DNA from: Bryobacterales bacterium
GTDB lineage: Bacteria > Acidobacteriota > Terriglobia > Bryobacterales > UBA6623
Direction: 5' to 3'
NCBI GenBank assembly: GCA_963422375.2
Contig: OY729428.2
Span: forward strand, 576,001-640,000
DNA: 64,000 nucleotides
Shown one piece after another: positions 8,414-19,303 of the stretch. A program made the position numbers and the translations under genes. The notes under the pieces are model-generated. The model did not search any database. It was not told the DNA's origin and was given only the letters and a program-made list of their open reading frames with translations. How positions within the stretch are numbered: position 1 is the stretch's first letter; every line of letters starts with the position of its first letter.

Positions 8414-11400
8414 ATGTGCGTTCCACTTCCGCGGCGTTCGGGCCGTCATACCGCGGCGCTCGCGGGGGCCCTCGCGGCCATCCTAGCCCTGTGCTTCGCG
8501 CCCGCAGCGACGGCGCAGAACACCGCCACCATCACCGGCATCGTGACCGACGTGTCAGGCGCCGTCATCCCGGGCGCCACCGTCACGGTCACCAAGGACG
8601 AGACGGGCGGGGTCACCGAGGTCTCGACCAACGAGGTAGGCACCTACACGGCGGCGGCCCTCGATCTGGGCACCTACGCCGTGGAAGTCTCAACGCCCGG
8701 CTTCAAGTCGTTCCGGCGTCCGGGCGTGGTGCTCAACGTCCGCGACCGCGTGCGCATCGACGTAGCCCTCGAACTGGGCGAGGTCACCGAGACCATCGAG
8801 GTAACCGAGACGGCGGTGCAGCTGCAGACCGAGAGCGCCACGGTCGAGGAGGTGGTGTCCGGCAAGCAGGTCGAGAACATCGCCATGAACGGCCGCAACT
8901 TCATGCAGCTGGCCGCCTTGGTTCCGGGCGCGTCCTCAACGAACAACTTCGGGTTCAATACGCCGACCGGCGTGGGCTCGGGCGGCGCGGCCAGCATTTC
9001 GTTCAACGGCATGCGGCGCAACCACAACGTGTGGCGCGTGGACGGGCAGGAGAACTACGATCGCGGCTGCGGCGGGTGCGTGGAAGTGCTGCCGTCGATC
9101 GACGCCATTCAGGAATTCAAGGTATCGACCGCGAACGCGGACTCCGACGCCGGCTTCGGCGCCGGCGGCCAGATCAACATCGCGATCAAGGCCGGCCGGC
9201 AGGATTTCCACGGCACCTTCTACGAATTCATCCGCAACGACGCCTTCGACGCCAACAACTTCTTCGCCAACCTCAACGGCCGCGACAAGCCCAAGCTGCG
9301 CTACAACAACTTCGGCTACAACGTGGGCGGGCCGATCTCGTTCGGCGGCTACAACCGCGACAAGACCAAGACGTTCTTCTTCTGGAACCACGAGTGGCGT
9401 AAGATCCGCATCGACCGGCTGTTCAACCGCAACGCCGCCTCCGCGGCGATCCGCGAGGGCGACTTCGCCGCCGAGGGCGAAATCACGGACCCGCTGACGG
9501 ACCAGCCCTTCCCCAACAGCCGGATTCCCGCCAGCCGGATCGACCCTAACGCCGCGATCCTCGCCGACCCCGGCTTCGTGCTGCCGCTGCCGAACACGTC
9601 CGAAGGCACGTTCATCGGCACCGGCGGGTCCCCGCTGGACGTGCAGCAGCAGATCCTGCGCGTGGACCAGAACGTCAACAACAGGAACCGGGTCTTCTTC
9701 CGGTTCATCATGGACACCAACAAGCAGACCTTTCCGACCACGCAATGGTCGAACCAGAGCTATCCGACGATCGGCACGGAGTTCACCAACCCGCCCAAGA
9801 AGTTCCTCCTGCAGTGGACCTCGGAGCTGTCGCCGAACGTGGTCAACGAGACCTCGGTCGGATTCTCCAGGCAGCCGCTCACGCTGCAGCCCACCGGGAA
9901 CTTCGCCCGCCCTAGCTCGCTGAACATCCCCGAGCTGTTCCCGGACAACCGGGCCAACCGGATTCCGAACCTGTCCTTCAGCGGCGCGCTGAACGTGAAC
10001 GTCAACACGGGATCTTGGCCCTGGGACAACGTCCTGAACACTTGGCAGTTCCGCAACAACGTCCTGTGGGCGCGCGGCAACCATACGATCCGCATCGGGG
10101 CCGAGTACATGCCGTTCGACAAACAGCAGGACCTGTTCGGCCCCACGCAGGGAGCGTTCACGTTCAACCGCGCCGGAGTCGGCCACGAGTTCGGCAACTT
10201 CCTGCTCGGACGGTCCTTCCGCTACAACGAGATGGAGGTCCAGACCGCGCCGTTCTACCTGACGCGGTCCGGCGGGCTGTGGCTGAGCGACGCATGGCGC
10301 GTCACGCCCCGGCTGACGCTGAATCTTTCGCTGCGCTACGACATGCTGCCGCATTCCTACGAGGACCGGGACCAGATCGCGGGCTTCTTCCCGCACCTGT
10401 TCGACTTCGACCAAGCGGCGACGGTGCTCGACAACGGGCAGATCGCGCCCGACTCCGGGGCCCCGCTCAACGGCATCGGCATCGCCGGCCAGGGCGGCAT
10501 CCCGCGCGGGCTGACGCAGAACCACTGGGCCCTGTTCACGCCGCGCATCGGCATCGCCTACCGGCCCATCGGCGACGACACGGTCTTCCGCATCGGCTAC
10601 GGCATCTTCCACGAACGCATCCAGGGCAACGACATCTACAACATCGGCCCCAACCCGCCGTTCTCCTACACCGCCTCGATCTTCTCCGCCCAGCTGAGCA
10701 ATCCGGGCGGCGGCTCCGCGGCCAGCTTCCCCGGCAGCCTGCGCACCTACGACGGCGCCTACAAGATTCCGCAGGTGCAGAACTGGAACATGGGCGCCCA
10801 GCAGCGCCTCGCCGGCGGCGTCGTGCTCACCGGCTCCTACATCGGCACGGCCGGGTCGTACCTGCAGACCGTGCGCAACATCAACCAGCCCATCCCGATC
10901 GGCGCCCAGTACGTGCGCGAGGGCAACCGCATAGTCAACCAGGTCCGGCCCTACCGGGGCTGGGACCAGATCCAAATGTACGAGAACTCGACGAACTCCT
11001 CGTACCACTCGCTGCAAGCCAGCCTGCGGACCGAGGAATGGCACGGCCTCACCCTGCAGACCTCGTACACGTGGTCCAAGGCGATCGACTACACGAGCGG
11101 GGACGTGGGCGGCACCAAGCACCAGGACTCCTACAACCCGCGCGCCGAGCGGGGGCTCTCCTCCTTCGACCGCCGCCACATCCTGCTGTTCAGCTACGTG
11201 TACGACCTGCCGACGCCGGCCGGCTGGAGCAGCGGGCTGAAGGCGGTCCTCGGCGACTGGACCCTCTCGGGCATCAGCGCCTTCCAGACCGGCACGCCCC
11301 TCAACATCACCGTCGCGGGCGATCCTCACGGCATCGGCCAGTGCGCGGGCTGCCGGCCGAACGGCGCGAGCGATCCGAACCTGAGCGGCGGCCAGACCCG

Positions 11401-11692
11401 GGACCGCTTCTTCAACCCTGACGCCTTCGCCGCCCCCGCGCCGGGCGTTTTCGGCAATCTCGGCCGCAACGCCGTCACGCGGGCGGGCACCAACAACTGG
11501 GACATCTCGCTGTTCAAGAGCGTGCCGGTCAGCGAGAGCACCCGCGTGCAGTTCCGCCTCGAGGCCTTCAACGCGCTGAACCACACGCAGTGGACAGGCT
11601 TCCGCACCACTTTCGGGGGCGGCGGGTTCGGCAGCGTCAACGCGGCCCGGGACGCGCGGGTATTCCAGCTAGGGCTTAAGCTGCATTGGTAG
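8414..11692 (+). CDS. TonB-dependent receptor, Oar-like, with carboxypeptidase-regulatory N-domain
   Basis: ITGIVTDVSGAVIPGA, NGRNFMQL, FHGTFYEFIRN, C-terminal RVFQLGLKLHW. Confidence 0.92.
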   Translation: MCVPLPRRSGRHTAALAGALAAILALCFAPAATAQNTATITGIVTDVSGAVIPGATVTVTKDETGGVTEVSTNEVGTYTAAALDLGTYAVEVSTPGFKSFRRPGVVLNVRDRVRIDVALELGEVTETIEVTETAVQLQTESATVEEVVSGKQVENIAMNGRNFMQLAALVPGASSTNNFGFNTPTGVGSGGAASISFNGMRRNHNVWRVDGQENYDRGCGGCVEVLPSIDAIQEFKVSTANADSDAGFGAGGQINIAIKAGRQDFHGTFYEFIRNDAFDANNFFANLNGRDKPKLRYNNFGYNVGGPISFGGYNRDKTKTFFFWNHEWRKIRIDRLFNRNAASAAIREGDFAAEGEITDPLTDQPFPNSRIPASRIDPNAAILADPGFVLPLPNTSEGTFIGTGGSPLDVQQQILRVDQNVNNRNRVFFRFIMDTNKQTFPTTQWSNQSYPTIGTEFTNPPKKFLLQWTSELSPNVVNETSVGFSRQPLTLQPTGNFARPSSLNIPELFPDNRANRIPNLSFSGALNVNVNTGSWPWDNVLNTWQFRNNVLWARGNHTIRIGAEYMPFDKQQDLFGPTQGAFTFNRAGVGHEFGNFLLGRSFRYNEMEVQTAPFYLTRSGGLWLSDAWRVTPRLTLNLSLRYDMLPHSYEDRDQIAGFFPHLFDFDQAATVLDNGQIAPDSGAPLNGIGIAGQGGIPRGLTQNHWALFTPRIGIAYRPIGDDTVFRIGYGIFHERIQGNDIYNIGPNPPFSYTASIFSAQLSNPGGGSAASFPGSLRTYDGAYKIPQVQNWNMGAQQRLAGGVVLTGSYIGTAGSYLQTVRNINQPIPIGAQYVREGNRIVNQVRPYRGWDQIQMYENSTNSSYHSLQASLRTEEWHGLTLQTSYTWSKAIDYTSGDVGGTKHQDSYNPRAERGLSSFDRRHILLFSYVYDLPTPAGWSSGLKAVLGDWTLSGISAFQTGTPLNITVAGDPHGIGQCAGCRPNGASDPNLSGGQTRDRFFNPDAFAAPAPGVFGNLGRNAVTRAGTNNWDISLFKSVPVSESTRVQFRLEAFNALNHTQWTGFRTTFGGGGFGSVNAARDARVFQLGLKLHW

Positions 11693-11693
11693 C

Positions 11694-12785
11694 TTGACCG
11701 CGCGAGGCAGCCGGGATCCGATTTTCCGCCGGGCAGTGGCGGCGATCCCGGCCTGCCTCGCGCTCCTGACCGGCGCCCCGGCGCAGGATCCGGGCGCGGC
11801 GGATCTCACGCGCCGAGGCTCGGCGCACCTCGAGCGGGGCGAGCTGCAGCCGGCGCTCGAGGCCTTCCGAGGCGCGCTGAGAGCGCGTCCGGACGACCCC
11901 GCGCTCGAATACAACGTGGGGCTGGCGCTGTTTCGCATGGGCCGCTTCGACGAAGCCCGCGGGCCGCTGGGGCGCGCCCTCGCGCATCCCCCTTCCGCCC
12001 TCGGAGCGCGCTTCATGCGCGGCATCATCCGCTTCAGGACGGAGGAGTTCGAGGAGGCGGCGCAGGACCTCGAGTTCGTTCGCGAGCACCCGCGGCTAGG
12101 CGAGCAGGCGCTCTACATGCTGACGGAGTGCCTCCGGAAGGCCGGCCGGGAGCAGGGGGCCCGGCGGGCGTTCCTCGACCTGCAGGGCCGCTATCCGGGC
12201 TCGGCGTTCTACCACAAGCTCATGGGCACGGCCTACGACGCCGACGGCCTGACCGAGCAGGCGCTGGCGGAATTCCGCGCCGCCCTGCGCAAGAGCCCCG
12301 GCTTGCCGGAAGCGGCCTTCGCGATCGGCTACATGCATTACAAGCGGCGCGACCACGAGCAGGCGGCCGCGTGGCTGCGCAGGGAGCTCGAGGGGCAGCC
12401 CTGCTACGCCCGGGCGCACTTCTACCTCGGCGAGATCGCCCTGGCCGCCGGCGACCTGTCCACGGCCGGCGAGCGCTTCCGACGCGCCGCGAGCTGCGAC
12501 GGGGGCTACGCCGACGCGCACGCGGGCCTTGGAACCGCCTACGAGCGGCTCGGGCGCCTCGAGGAAGCGGCGGCCGCGCTGCGCAAGGCGACGGACCTCG
12601 ACCCCGGGAGCGCGCGGGCCCACTACAGGCTGTCGCGCGTGCTGCTGCGACTCGGGCGGCAGGGCGAGGCGGCCGCGGCCATGGAGACCGTCGACAGGAT
12701 CCATGCCGCGAGCCACCGCTCGGCCCGGGAAGCGCTGGGAGGCGAGGACGGCCCGGAGACGGCGGAGGGCAAGGGACCTCGGTAG
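11694..12785 (+). CDS. tetratricopeptide repeat protein
   Basis: Multiple TPRs (YNVGLAL, AHFYLGEI, AHYRLSRV); immediately follows the receptor gene. Confidence 0.85.
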   Translation: MTARGSRDPIFRRAVAAIPACLALLTGAPAQDPGAADLTRRGSAHLERGELQPALEAFRGALRARPDDPALEYNVGLALFRMGRFDEARGPLGRALAHPPSALGARFMRGIIRFRTEEFEEAAQDLEFVREHPRLGEQALYMLTECLRKAGREQGARRAFLDLQGRYPGSAFYHKLMGTAYDADGLTEQALAEFRAALRKSPGLPEAAFAIGYMHYKRRDHEQAAAWLRRELEGQPCYARAHFYLGEIALAAGDLSTAGERFRRAASCDGGYADAHAGLGTAYERLGRLEEAAAALRKATDLDPGSARAHYRLSRVLLRLGRQGEAAAAMETVDRIHAASHRSAREALGGEDGPETAEGKGPR

Positions 12786-12824
12786 CGACAGCGTCCGGGC
12801 CCGGGCGGGTGAGAATAGGAAGGG

Positions 12825-13388
12825 ATGATCCTCGTCGTCGATAACTACGACTCGTTCACCTTCAACCTGGTGCAGTACCTCGGCGAGCTGGGCGCCTCGA
12901 TGACGGTGCGGCGCAACGACGAGATCTCGGTCGCCGAGGCCCGCGCGATTCGGCCCGAGCGGATCGTCGTCTCGCCCGGTCCCTGCACCCCGCGGGAGGC
13001 CGGCATCTCCGTCGAGCTGATCCGGGCGATGGCCTCCGAGGTGCCAATCCTCGGAGTCTGCCTAGGCCACCAGTCGATCGGCGAGGCGTTCGGCGGCAGG
13101 GTCGTGCGCGCCCCCTACCTGATGCACGGCAAGACCAGCCGCATCCGGCACGACGGCCGCACCGTATTCGAGGGTGTCGACCAGGACTTCGTGGCCACGC
13201 GCTACCACTCGCTGGTCGTCGAGCGCGAGACGCTGCCGGGCGAGCTGGAGATGTCGGCCTGGACCGCGGACGGCATCGTGATGGGCCTCCGGCACCGCGC
13301 CTTCCCCGTGGAGGGCGTGCAGTTCCACCCGGAATCCATCCTCACCGAGGCAGGCAAGGCGCTGCTGGGCAACTTCCTGCGGCGCTGA
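12825..13388 (+). CDS. trpG: anthranilate/aminodeoxychorismate synthase component II
   Basis: [31 protein letters not shown]. Confidence 0.93.
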   Translation: MILVVDNYDSFTFNLVQYLGELGASMTVRRNDEISVAEARAIRPERIVVSPGPCTPREAGISVELIRAMASEVPILGVCLGHQSIGEAFGGRVVRAPYLMHGKTSRIRHDGRTVFEGVDQDFVATRYHSLVVERETLPGELEMSAWTADGIVMGLRHRAFPVEGVQFHPESILTEAGKALLGNFLRR

Positions 13389-13424
13389 CCGCGGCCGGCC
13401 GCGGGGCGATCCGCCCGACTCCCC

Positions 13425-14222
13425 ATGCATCCGACCGCGCAGTCCCCCCCGCTGCTGGACTTCCGCAACATCACCGTCTACCGCGGCGACACCCTGGCGC
13501 TCGACGCCGTCTCGCTGCAGATCCCGCTCGGACAGCATCTGGCGATCATCGGCCCCAACGGCTCCGGCAAGTCCACCCTCATCCGCACGATGATGCGCTA
13601 CGACCATCCCGTCCGGCGCCACGGCCCGGTCATGCGGCTATTCGGGCGATCCGACTGGCACGTCCACGACATGCGCAAGCTCGTCGCGGTGGTCTCGAAC
13701 GAGATGGCGCAGGCCTGCTCACGAAGCGCCACGGGGCGCAGCGTGGTCCTGTCGGGCTACTACTCGAGCTTCGAGCTGTGGCCCCAGCACCCCGTCACCG
13801 AGGAGATGGAACGCCGCGGGCGGGAGGTCCTAGGCCTGATGAACGCATCCCACCTGCGCGACAAGCCGGTCAACGCGATGTCGACCGGCGAGGCCAAGCG
13901 CGTGGTCATCGGGCGGGCGCTGGTCAACCGGCCGCTGGCGCTGCTGCTGGACGAGCCCTCCAACGGCCTCGACATCCGGTCGGCGCTGGAGCTGCGCGAG
14001 GCGCTGCGCGGGATCGCCGCGGGAGGCACCAGCCTGATCTACGTCACACACCACCTGCCCGACATCGTGCCGGAGGTGACGCGCGTCATCCTCCTGAGCG
14101 AGGGCCGGATCCACGCCGACGGGCCCAAGGAGCGCCTGCTGTCCTCCGCGACCCTGTCGCAGGTCTACGGCATGCCGATCGAGGTCGAGCGCAAGGACGG
14201 CTACTACAACTGCTGGGCCTGA
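13425..14222 (+). CDS. ABC ATP-binding protein (ModF-like)
   Basis: GPNGSGKS, MSTGE, LLLDEP, YVTHH. Confidence 0.88.
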   Translation: MHPTAQSPPLLDFRNITVYRGDTLALDAVSLQIPLGQHLAIIGPNGSGKSTLIRTMMRYDHPVRRHGPVMRLFGRSDWHVHDMRKLVAVVSNEMAQACSRSATGRSVVLSGYYSSFELWPQHPVTEEMERRGREVLGLMNASHLRDKPVNAMSTGEAKRVVIGRALVNRPLALLLDEPSNGLDIRSALELREALRGIAAGGTSLIYVTHHLPDIVPEVTRVILLSEGRIHADGPKERLLSSATLSQVYGMPIEVERKDGYYNCWA

Positions 14223-16060
14223 GCCCCGTCGGCCGGGACGAAGTGGGCGCGCACGGCTTCGGCGCGCTGCCGGCCGACCGCAGCGGCCAGCTCCTCGACG
14301 GGGCAGTCGCGAATCCGCGCCAGGCTGCCGAACTCCTGCAGCAGCTTGCGGGCGGTGGCCGGGCCGATGCCTTCAATCTCGAGCAGCTCCGACTGCAGCG
14401 AGCGCTTGGCGCGCCGCTGCCGGTGAAAGGCGATCGCGAACCGGTGCGCCTCGTCGCGGATCTGCTGGACCGCGTGGAGAATCGGGTGAAAGCGGTCGAG
14501 CCGCAGCGGCTCGTCCTCCTGGCCGAAGACGTACAGCAGCTCCTCCTTCTTGGCGATCGCCGCGAGCGGCTGCGCCGCGGCGCCCAGTTCCTCCAAGGCC
14601 TCGGCGGCCGCGTGGAGCTGCCCTACGCCGCCGTCCACCAGGACCAGCGACGGGAAGGGCCTGCCCTCGGCCCGCAGGCGCGCGTAGCGCCGGCTGACGA
14701 CCTCGCGCATCGCGGCGAAGTCGTCGTTCGCCTGGCGGCTGACGATGTACTTGCGGTACTCGCTCTTGCGCATCCCCCGGTCGTCCCACACGACCATCGA
14801 GGCCACCACCTCGACGCCCTGCGTGTGCGAGATGTCGAAGCACTCGACCCGCGTGCCGGCCCGCGACCCGTCCTCGGGAGGCGGCAGGTTCAGCGCCTCG
14901 CGCCACGCCTCGGCAACCCGGGCCGGGCTCGGCTTCCGCACACGGAAACGCTGCTCGAAGCAGTTGCGGGCGTTCGTCGTGACCAGGTCGAGCAGGGCCT
15001 TGTTCGAGCCGCGCTTGGGAACGGCGATGTCGACCTTGGAGCCGCGCCGCTCGGCGAGCAGCTCGGCCAGCGCGGCCATGCTCTCGAATTCCGCCGGCAC
15101 GCGAACCAAGGCCGGCACCTGGCGCTGCCCCAGGTACACTTGCGGCAGCAGCGTGCCGAGGAACTCGGCGATGTCGAAGGTCTCGACCTCCTCCCAGTAG
15201 AACTCCCGCCGGTCCACGACGCGCCCGTTGCGCACGTGGAATATGTTGGCGGCGACGAGCGGGGGCTCGGCGTGCAGGCCGAAGATGTCGATGTCCCGGC
15301 CCTCGGCCGCCGCCATGCGCTGGCGCTGGGTGATCTCCTCGACGGTGGTGACGAGGTCGCGCAGGCCCGCAGCCTTCTCGAACTCCAGCGCCCCGGACGC
15401 CTGCAGCATGCGCTCGCGCAGATCGCCGACCAGCTCCTTGCGACGGCCGCCGAGGAAGGCCCTGACGTCCGCGGCCGCCCGCTCGTAGGTCTCGTCGGAA
15501 ACCAAGCCCTGCACGCACGGCCCCCAGCAACGATGGATGTGGTACTCGAGGCACGGCCGCTGGTGGCGGCGCGTGAGGTCGATGCGGCAGGAGGGCAGCC
15601 TGAAGTGCCGGTGGATGAAATGCACCAGGCGGTGGGCGAGGTTGCCTGGAAAGAACGGCCCGAAGTAGGTTGACCCGTCCTTCTTCAGGCGCCGGGTCAC
15701 GTAGACCCGGGGGTATTTCTCGCGCGTCAGCCGGATGTAGGGGTAGGTCTTGTCGTCCCGGAGGAGGACGTTGTACTTCGGCTTGTGCTCCTTGATCAGG
15801 TTATTCTCGAGCGCCAGCGCCTCCTTCTCGTTGCGGACGAGAATGCTGCCGAGGGCCGTCGACTCGAGGAGCAGGCCGGCCCGCTTGGAGTCGGCGAGCG
15901 CGTCGCTCGAGAAGTAGTTGCGGACCCGGTCGCGCAGGCACTTGGCCTTGCCGATGTAGAGCACCTGCTCGTCCGCGCCCTTGAACAGGTAGACTCCGGG
16001 CACCGTCGGCAGCTCCCACGCGGCTTCCTTGAGCCGGTCCCAGTGCGGCGGAAGAGGCAT
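14204..16060 (-). CDS. uvrC: excinuclease ABC subunit C
   Basis: GIY-YIG (PGVYLF..YIGKAK), UVR, ECFDISH, LVDGG, RDEAHRFA, HhH; ATG at 16060. Confidence 0.95.
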   Translation of the reverse strand: MPLPPHWDRLKEAAWELPTVPGVYLFKGADEQVLYIGKAKCLRDRVRNYFSSDALADSKRAGLLLESTALGSILVRNEKEALALENNLIKEHKPKYNVLLRDDKTYPYIRLTREKYPRVYVTRRLKKDGSTYFGPFFPGNLAHRLVHFIHRHFRLPSCRIDLTRRHQRPCLEYHIHRCWGPCVQGLVSDETYERAAADVRAFLGGRRKELVGDLRERMLQASGALEFEKAAGLRDLVTTVEEITQRQRMAAAEGRDIDIFGLHAEPPLVAANIFHVRNGRVVDRREFYWEEVETFDIAEFLGTLLPQVYLGQRQVPALVRVPAEFESMAALAELLAERRGSKVDIAVPKRGSNKALLDLVTTNARNCFEQRFRVRKPSPARVAEAWREALNLPPPEDGSRAGTRVECFDISHTQGVEVVASMVVWDDRGMRKSEYRKYIVSRQANDDFAAMREVVSRRYARLRAEGRPFPSLVLVDGGVGQLHAAAEALEELGAAAQPLAAIAKKEELLYVFGQEDEPLRLDRFHPILHAVQQIRDEAHRFAIAFHRQRRAKRSLQSELLEIEGIGPATARKLLQEFGSLARIRDCPVEELAAAVGRQRAEAVRAHFVPADGAQAQQL

Positions 16061-16128
16061 CCCAGCGCCGACGGCAGCTCCCGGGCCCAGTATAGGCACC
16101 GGACGCGGGAGGGAGGGCGCGCCCGCGG

Positions 16129-17500
16129 CTAGAACTGGATGCGGAGGCGCAGCTGCATCTGGCGCGAGTCGGTATTCGTGCCGCGGATCGTGCCCCCGGC
16201 GGGCGAGCGCACGTTGCGGTTCGGCACGCCGAAGCCGGGGTGGTTCGTCGTGTTGAACACCTCCCGGCGGAACTGCACGCCCGCACGCTCGCTGATGCGG
16301 AAGTCCTTGCTGCAAGCCGAGATCCAAGTTGAAGATGCGGGGCTCCTGCATGCTGTTACGTCGGACGTTGCCGAAATCGGCGCGGCCGCTCTCGTCGGTC
16401 GGAATCGCGAAGGCCGCGCAGTCGTTGCAGCGGTCCGGGCTCGGGTTCGAGACGCGGTGCTCGCCAACCACGTCCGGCCTCCACGCGCCCACCCGCGTGC
16501 CGAGTCGCCCGTACGAGCCCGGCAGCATCCCGTTGTAGTACTGGCCCGTCTGGACCGGCAGCATGCCGCTGAGCAGCCAGCCGCCCAACACGGCGTTGAG
16601 GAGGCCGCCGCGGGCGACGTAGCGCTTGCCCCGTCCGAACGGCTGCTCGATGAGCGCGACGCCTCGGTCTTGGTGTCTCGGTACGTCGCGGCGTTCTCGT
16701 TGTACGAGCTCAGCAGGAAGTTCGACGACGAGCCCACGTACGCCACCGTCAGGCCCAGATCGTTCGACCGCTGCCGCTGCAGGCTCACGTTCCACTGGTA
16801 GGTCGTGGGCAGCGGGAACTCCGTCGACCTGTGCTGCAGCGTGATCCCCCGCGGGCGATTGTCGGCGTCGCTGAGATCGGCCAGGTAGCCCTCGGAAAAG
16901 CCCTCGCGCAGCAGGAAGGCCGGCGCGTCGCGGCCGGGCTGCCGCCGGACCTGCGCCACGAAGGGGAAGTTGGCCAGCATGCGGCCGGACGCGCCGAGGC
17001 CCTGCTGGGGGCCGAAGAACACCCCGGCCCCGCCGCGCGCGGTCCGCTTAGCCGCGGGCTGCCAGTCGAGGCCCACGCGGGGCGCCCAGTTGTTTCTGTC
17101 GGTGTTGACGAGGGCCCGGTCGGACCAGCTGTCGCCATTCTGCCCTGCCCGGATCGTCTGGCCGTGCGTGCCCGCGTCGATCAAGAGCTTGTTCATGCGG
17201 TTGTCCTCGTCGAACCAGGGCGACGTCAGCTCGTATCGCAGGCCCAGGTTGAGCGTCAGCGAGGGCGTGACCTTCCAGTCGTACAGGACGAAGAACATGA
17301 GATGCCGCTGTACTGGCCGTTGAAGTTGAAGATGCCGCGCGAGTTCTGGGATCCGCCGATGTTCGTACGGTCGTAGCGCACGCGCGTGCCCATCACGAGG
17401 CTGTGGTTGCCGCGGATCACCCGCGGGTTGTCCATCCACTGGTAGGTCCAAGTGTCCTTCATGTTGGGCCGGAAGGCCGAGCCACCCGGGCCGATGAATG
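16129..17500 (-). pseudogene. 3' fragment of an Oar-like TonB-dependent receptor, multiply frameshifted
   Basis: DWKVTPSLTLNLGLRYE, NNWAPRVG, YQWNVSLQRQ, FNTTNHP, RQMQLRLRIQF spread across several frames; 5' half absent. Confidence 0.85.
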
Positions 17501-17659
17501 GCAGGTGTAGGATCTCACATTAGTTCGCTTGGCATTTCTCGGATTATTCCTGCAGCGGGAAAGGGGGTTTTCTAGCATTAGTCCGCTACTGCAGGAAGAG
17601 AGAGGGGTGAGGTCTGCGTGAAGGGCCGAGGGCTACGGGAGAGTTTCGCAGTAGGCCGG

Positions 17660-18140
17660 ATCGACCGGGGCTCGCCGCGGCCGGTGGCCAGCCAGAACCC
17701 GACCCGGACCTCGCGTGAGCCCGGGGCCATGCCCTTGAAGGCGCCCCCGCCGGGACGGTCTCGGGTGCCGGCGAGGAAGGCGCCTCGGACCGCGCCGTGG
17801 CGGTAGCGGCAGACGGAAGCGGCGTTGCGGCCGCGGTCGGCGTAGAGGCTTCCGGACCGCCGGCAGGCCTCCAGGCGGGCCCGCGCCAGGCCGCGTTCGG
17901 CGGTCGGGAAGCGGCAGACCGGCGGCCACAGGCTCTCCTCGCGCATGGGCAGCCGGGGCGCGGGGGGCGGGGGCCGGCGAGGAAGGCCACGGCTTCGCGG
18001 AAGGCGCACGCACGGGCCTGTGTCACCAGATCGATCCCCCCGCCGCCGCGACCTCGGCGGCGGTCGAAGAACTTGAACCCGCTGATGCTCGGCACCGAGC
18101 CCGGGCGCTTCCAGCGCACGCGGTTGCCGAGGTCACGGCC
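17660..18140 (-). pseudogene. plasmid-type DUF3991/toprim-associated protein fragment
   Basis: KFFDRRRGRGGGGIDLV..AFREAVAFL, then LYADRGRNA..GTR..FKGMAPGS in another frame. Confidence 0.55.
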
Positions 18141-18610
18141 GCACCTCGCCGCGGGCGCGCTCGGGCCCGGTCCGCGCCGCTTGGTCCAGGGCGGCCGCGG
18201 CGAGAGCGTAATGCGCGAGGCAGTTGACCTGCCTGGGCCGGCCGCGTCGAGCGACTCGACCGCCGCGTCGTCGTCGAACAAGGGCCGCTCGCGCCCGACC
18301 AGGCGCAGGCCGTGCCGCAGGTACGGCCCCAGCGCGTCCGGGGCCAGGCCTTGCAGGTGATGGCGCACCGCAATGCGCTGGGCCAGCGAGGCGTTCACGC
18401 GCAGAGCGAGCCACCGGCGCAGCTCGCCCAGGCCGACCAGCAGCAGGCACAGGCGCCGCCGGGCATCCATGTCGAAGTTGGTCAGCAGACGCAGTTCCGC
18501 GAGCACGTCGTGCCTCAGGTTCCGGGCCTCGTCGAGGACCAGCACGGGCAGCTTGCCGGCCTCGCCGTCGAGGCGGGCGATCTCGGCGCTCAGGCCGACG
18601 CAATGCACGC
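18140..18610 (-). pseudogene. ExeA-like AAA ATPase fragment (transposon helper type)
   Basis: PVLVLDEARNL..LRLLTNFDMD..LLLVG..SLAQRI; Walker A portion missing. Confidence 0.7.
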
Positions 18611-18679
18611 GGTGCAGGGGCCCACTGCATTTGGTGGGATCACCGCGGATTCTTCCCGAACTGGATTGATATCGGATTC

Positions 18680-19217
18680 GCCGAACGCTGAGAGACTCCG
18701 GGGCAGGCCGCCTGTCGGACCCGCTGTGGTCCACGCGTGAGCGGACCGTCGTGCGCGAGCTGCACGCCGCCGGGGCAGGACGGACGACATGCACGGCTAG
18801 CCCGTGCGCGTTCGAGGTCGCACGCGGTCCCTCCACGAGGGGCGCTACATCGAGCCGAAGGTGCGCCACGGAGGCGGGAGGTACTGGGAGATGGGCCATA
18901 CCGCGGTCATCCACATCGACGGCTCCACGCTTGACGAGCCGAACCTGCTGCTCCCGACCACGGAGCGGTCAAGCCCCAACAGCGCGCACCACCTCGTCTC
19001 CGGCGGAATGTCCGTGGAACGCCAGAGAATCATCGTGGTCAAGGGGGCCATCCCCCCGGGCGCGGCCTACGAGCCGATCACGTCGCGGCTGATTCCGGTC
19101 GGCACGCCCGGCGGGGCCGCGGTCAACCCGGCCCACTTCGAACTACGAGAGGGTGCGCGAAGGACTCTTCGGGACGGGGCGGGAATAGGAGCGCCGGCTT
19201 CGGCTTGCCGGGAATGA
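18680..19217 (+). pseudogene. MlrC (M81 peptidase) C-terminal fragment
   Basis: GRY..RHGG..MGHTAV..QRIIVVKG..AAYEPI..VGTPG; N-terminus missing, frameshifted. Confidence 0.65.
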
Positions 19218-19303
19218 TCGCGGGTCCCAACCATTGCGGGGAGGGGCCGGTGAATGCCTTCCGTCGGGAGTCTCGCTATACTGCGGGCGATGATGGTGGC
19301 GTC

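Noticed and set aside
8936..11584. Long antisense and alternate-frame ORFs (e.g. 882 aa here, 13778-15673, 39493-41499)
   Set aside because: Shadow ORFs of high-GC genes; Arg/Pro/Ala-rich with no motifs.
14204..16795. 863-aa apparent N-terminally extended UvrC
   Set aside because: The extension is read-through of the frameshifted TonB pseudogene; the real start is 16060.
17585..17657. Possible MITE bounded by CTACTGC inverted repeats
   Set aside because: Only a 7-bp match, no TSD and no second copy.
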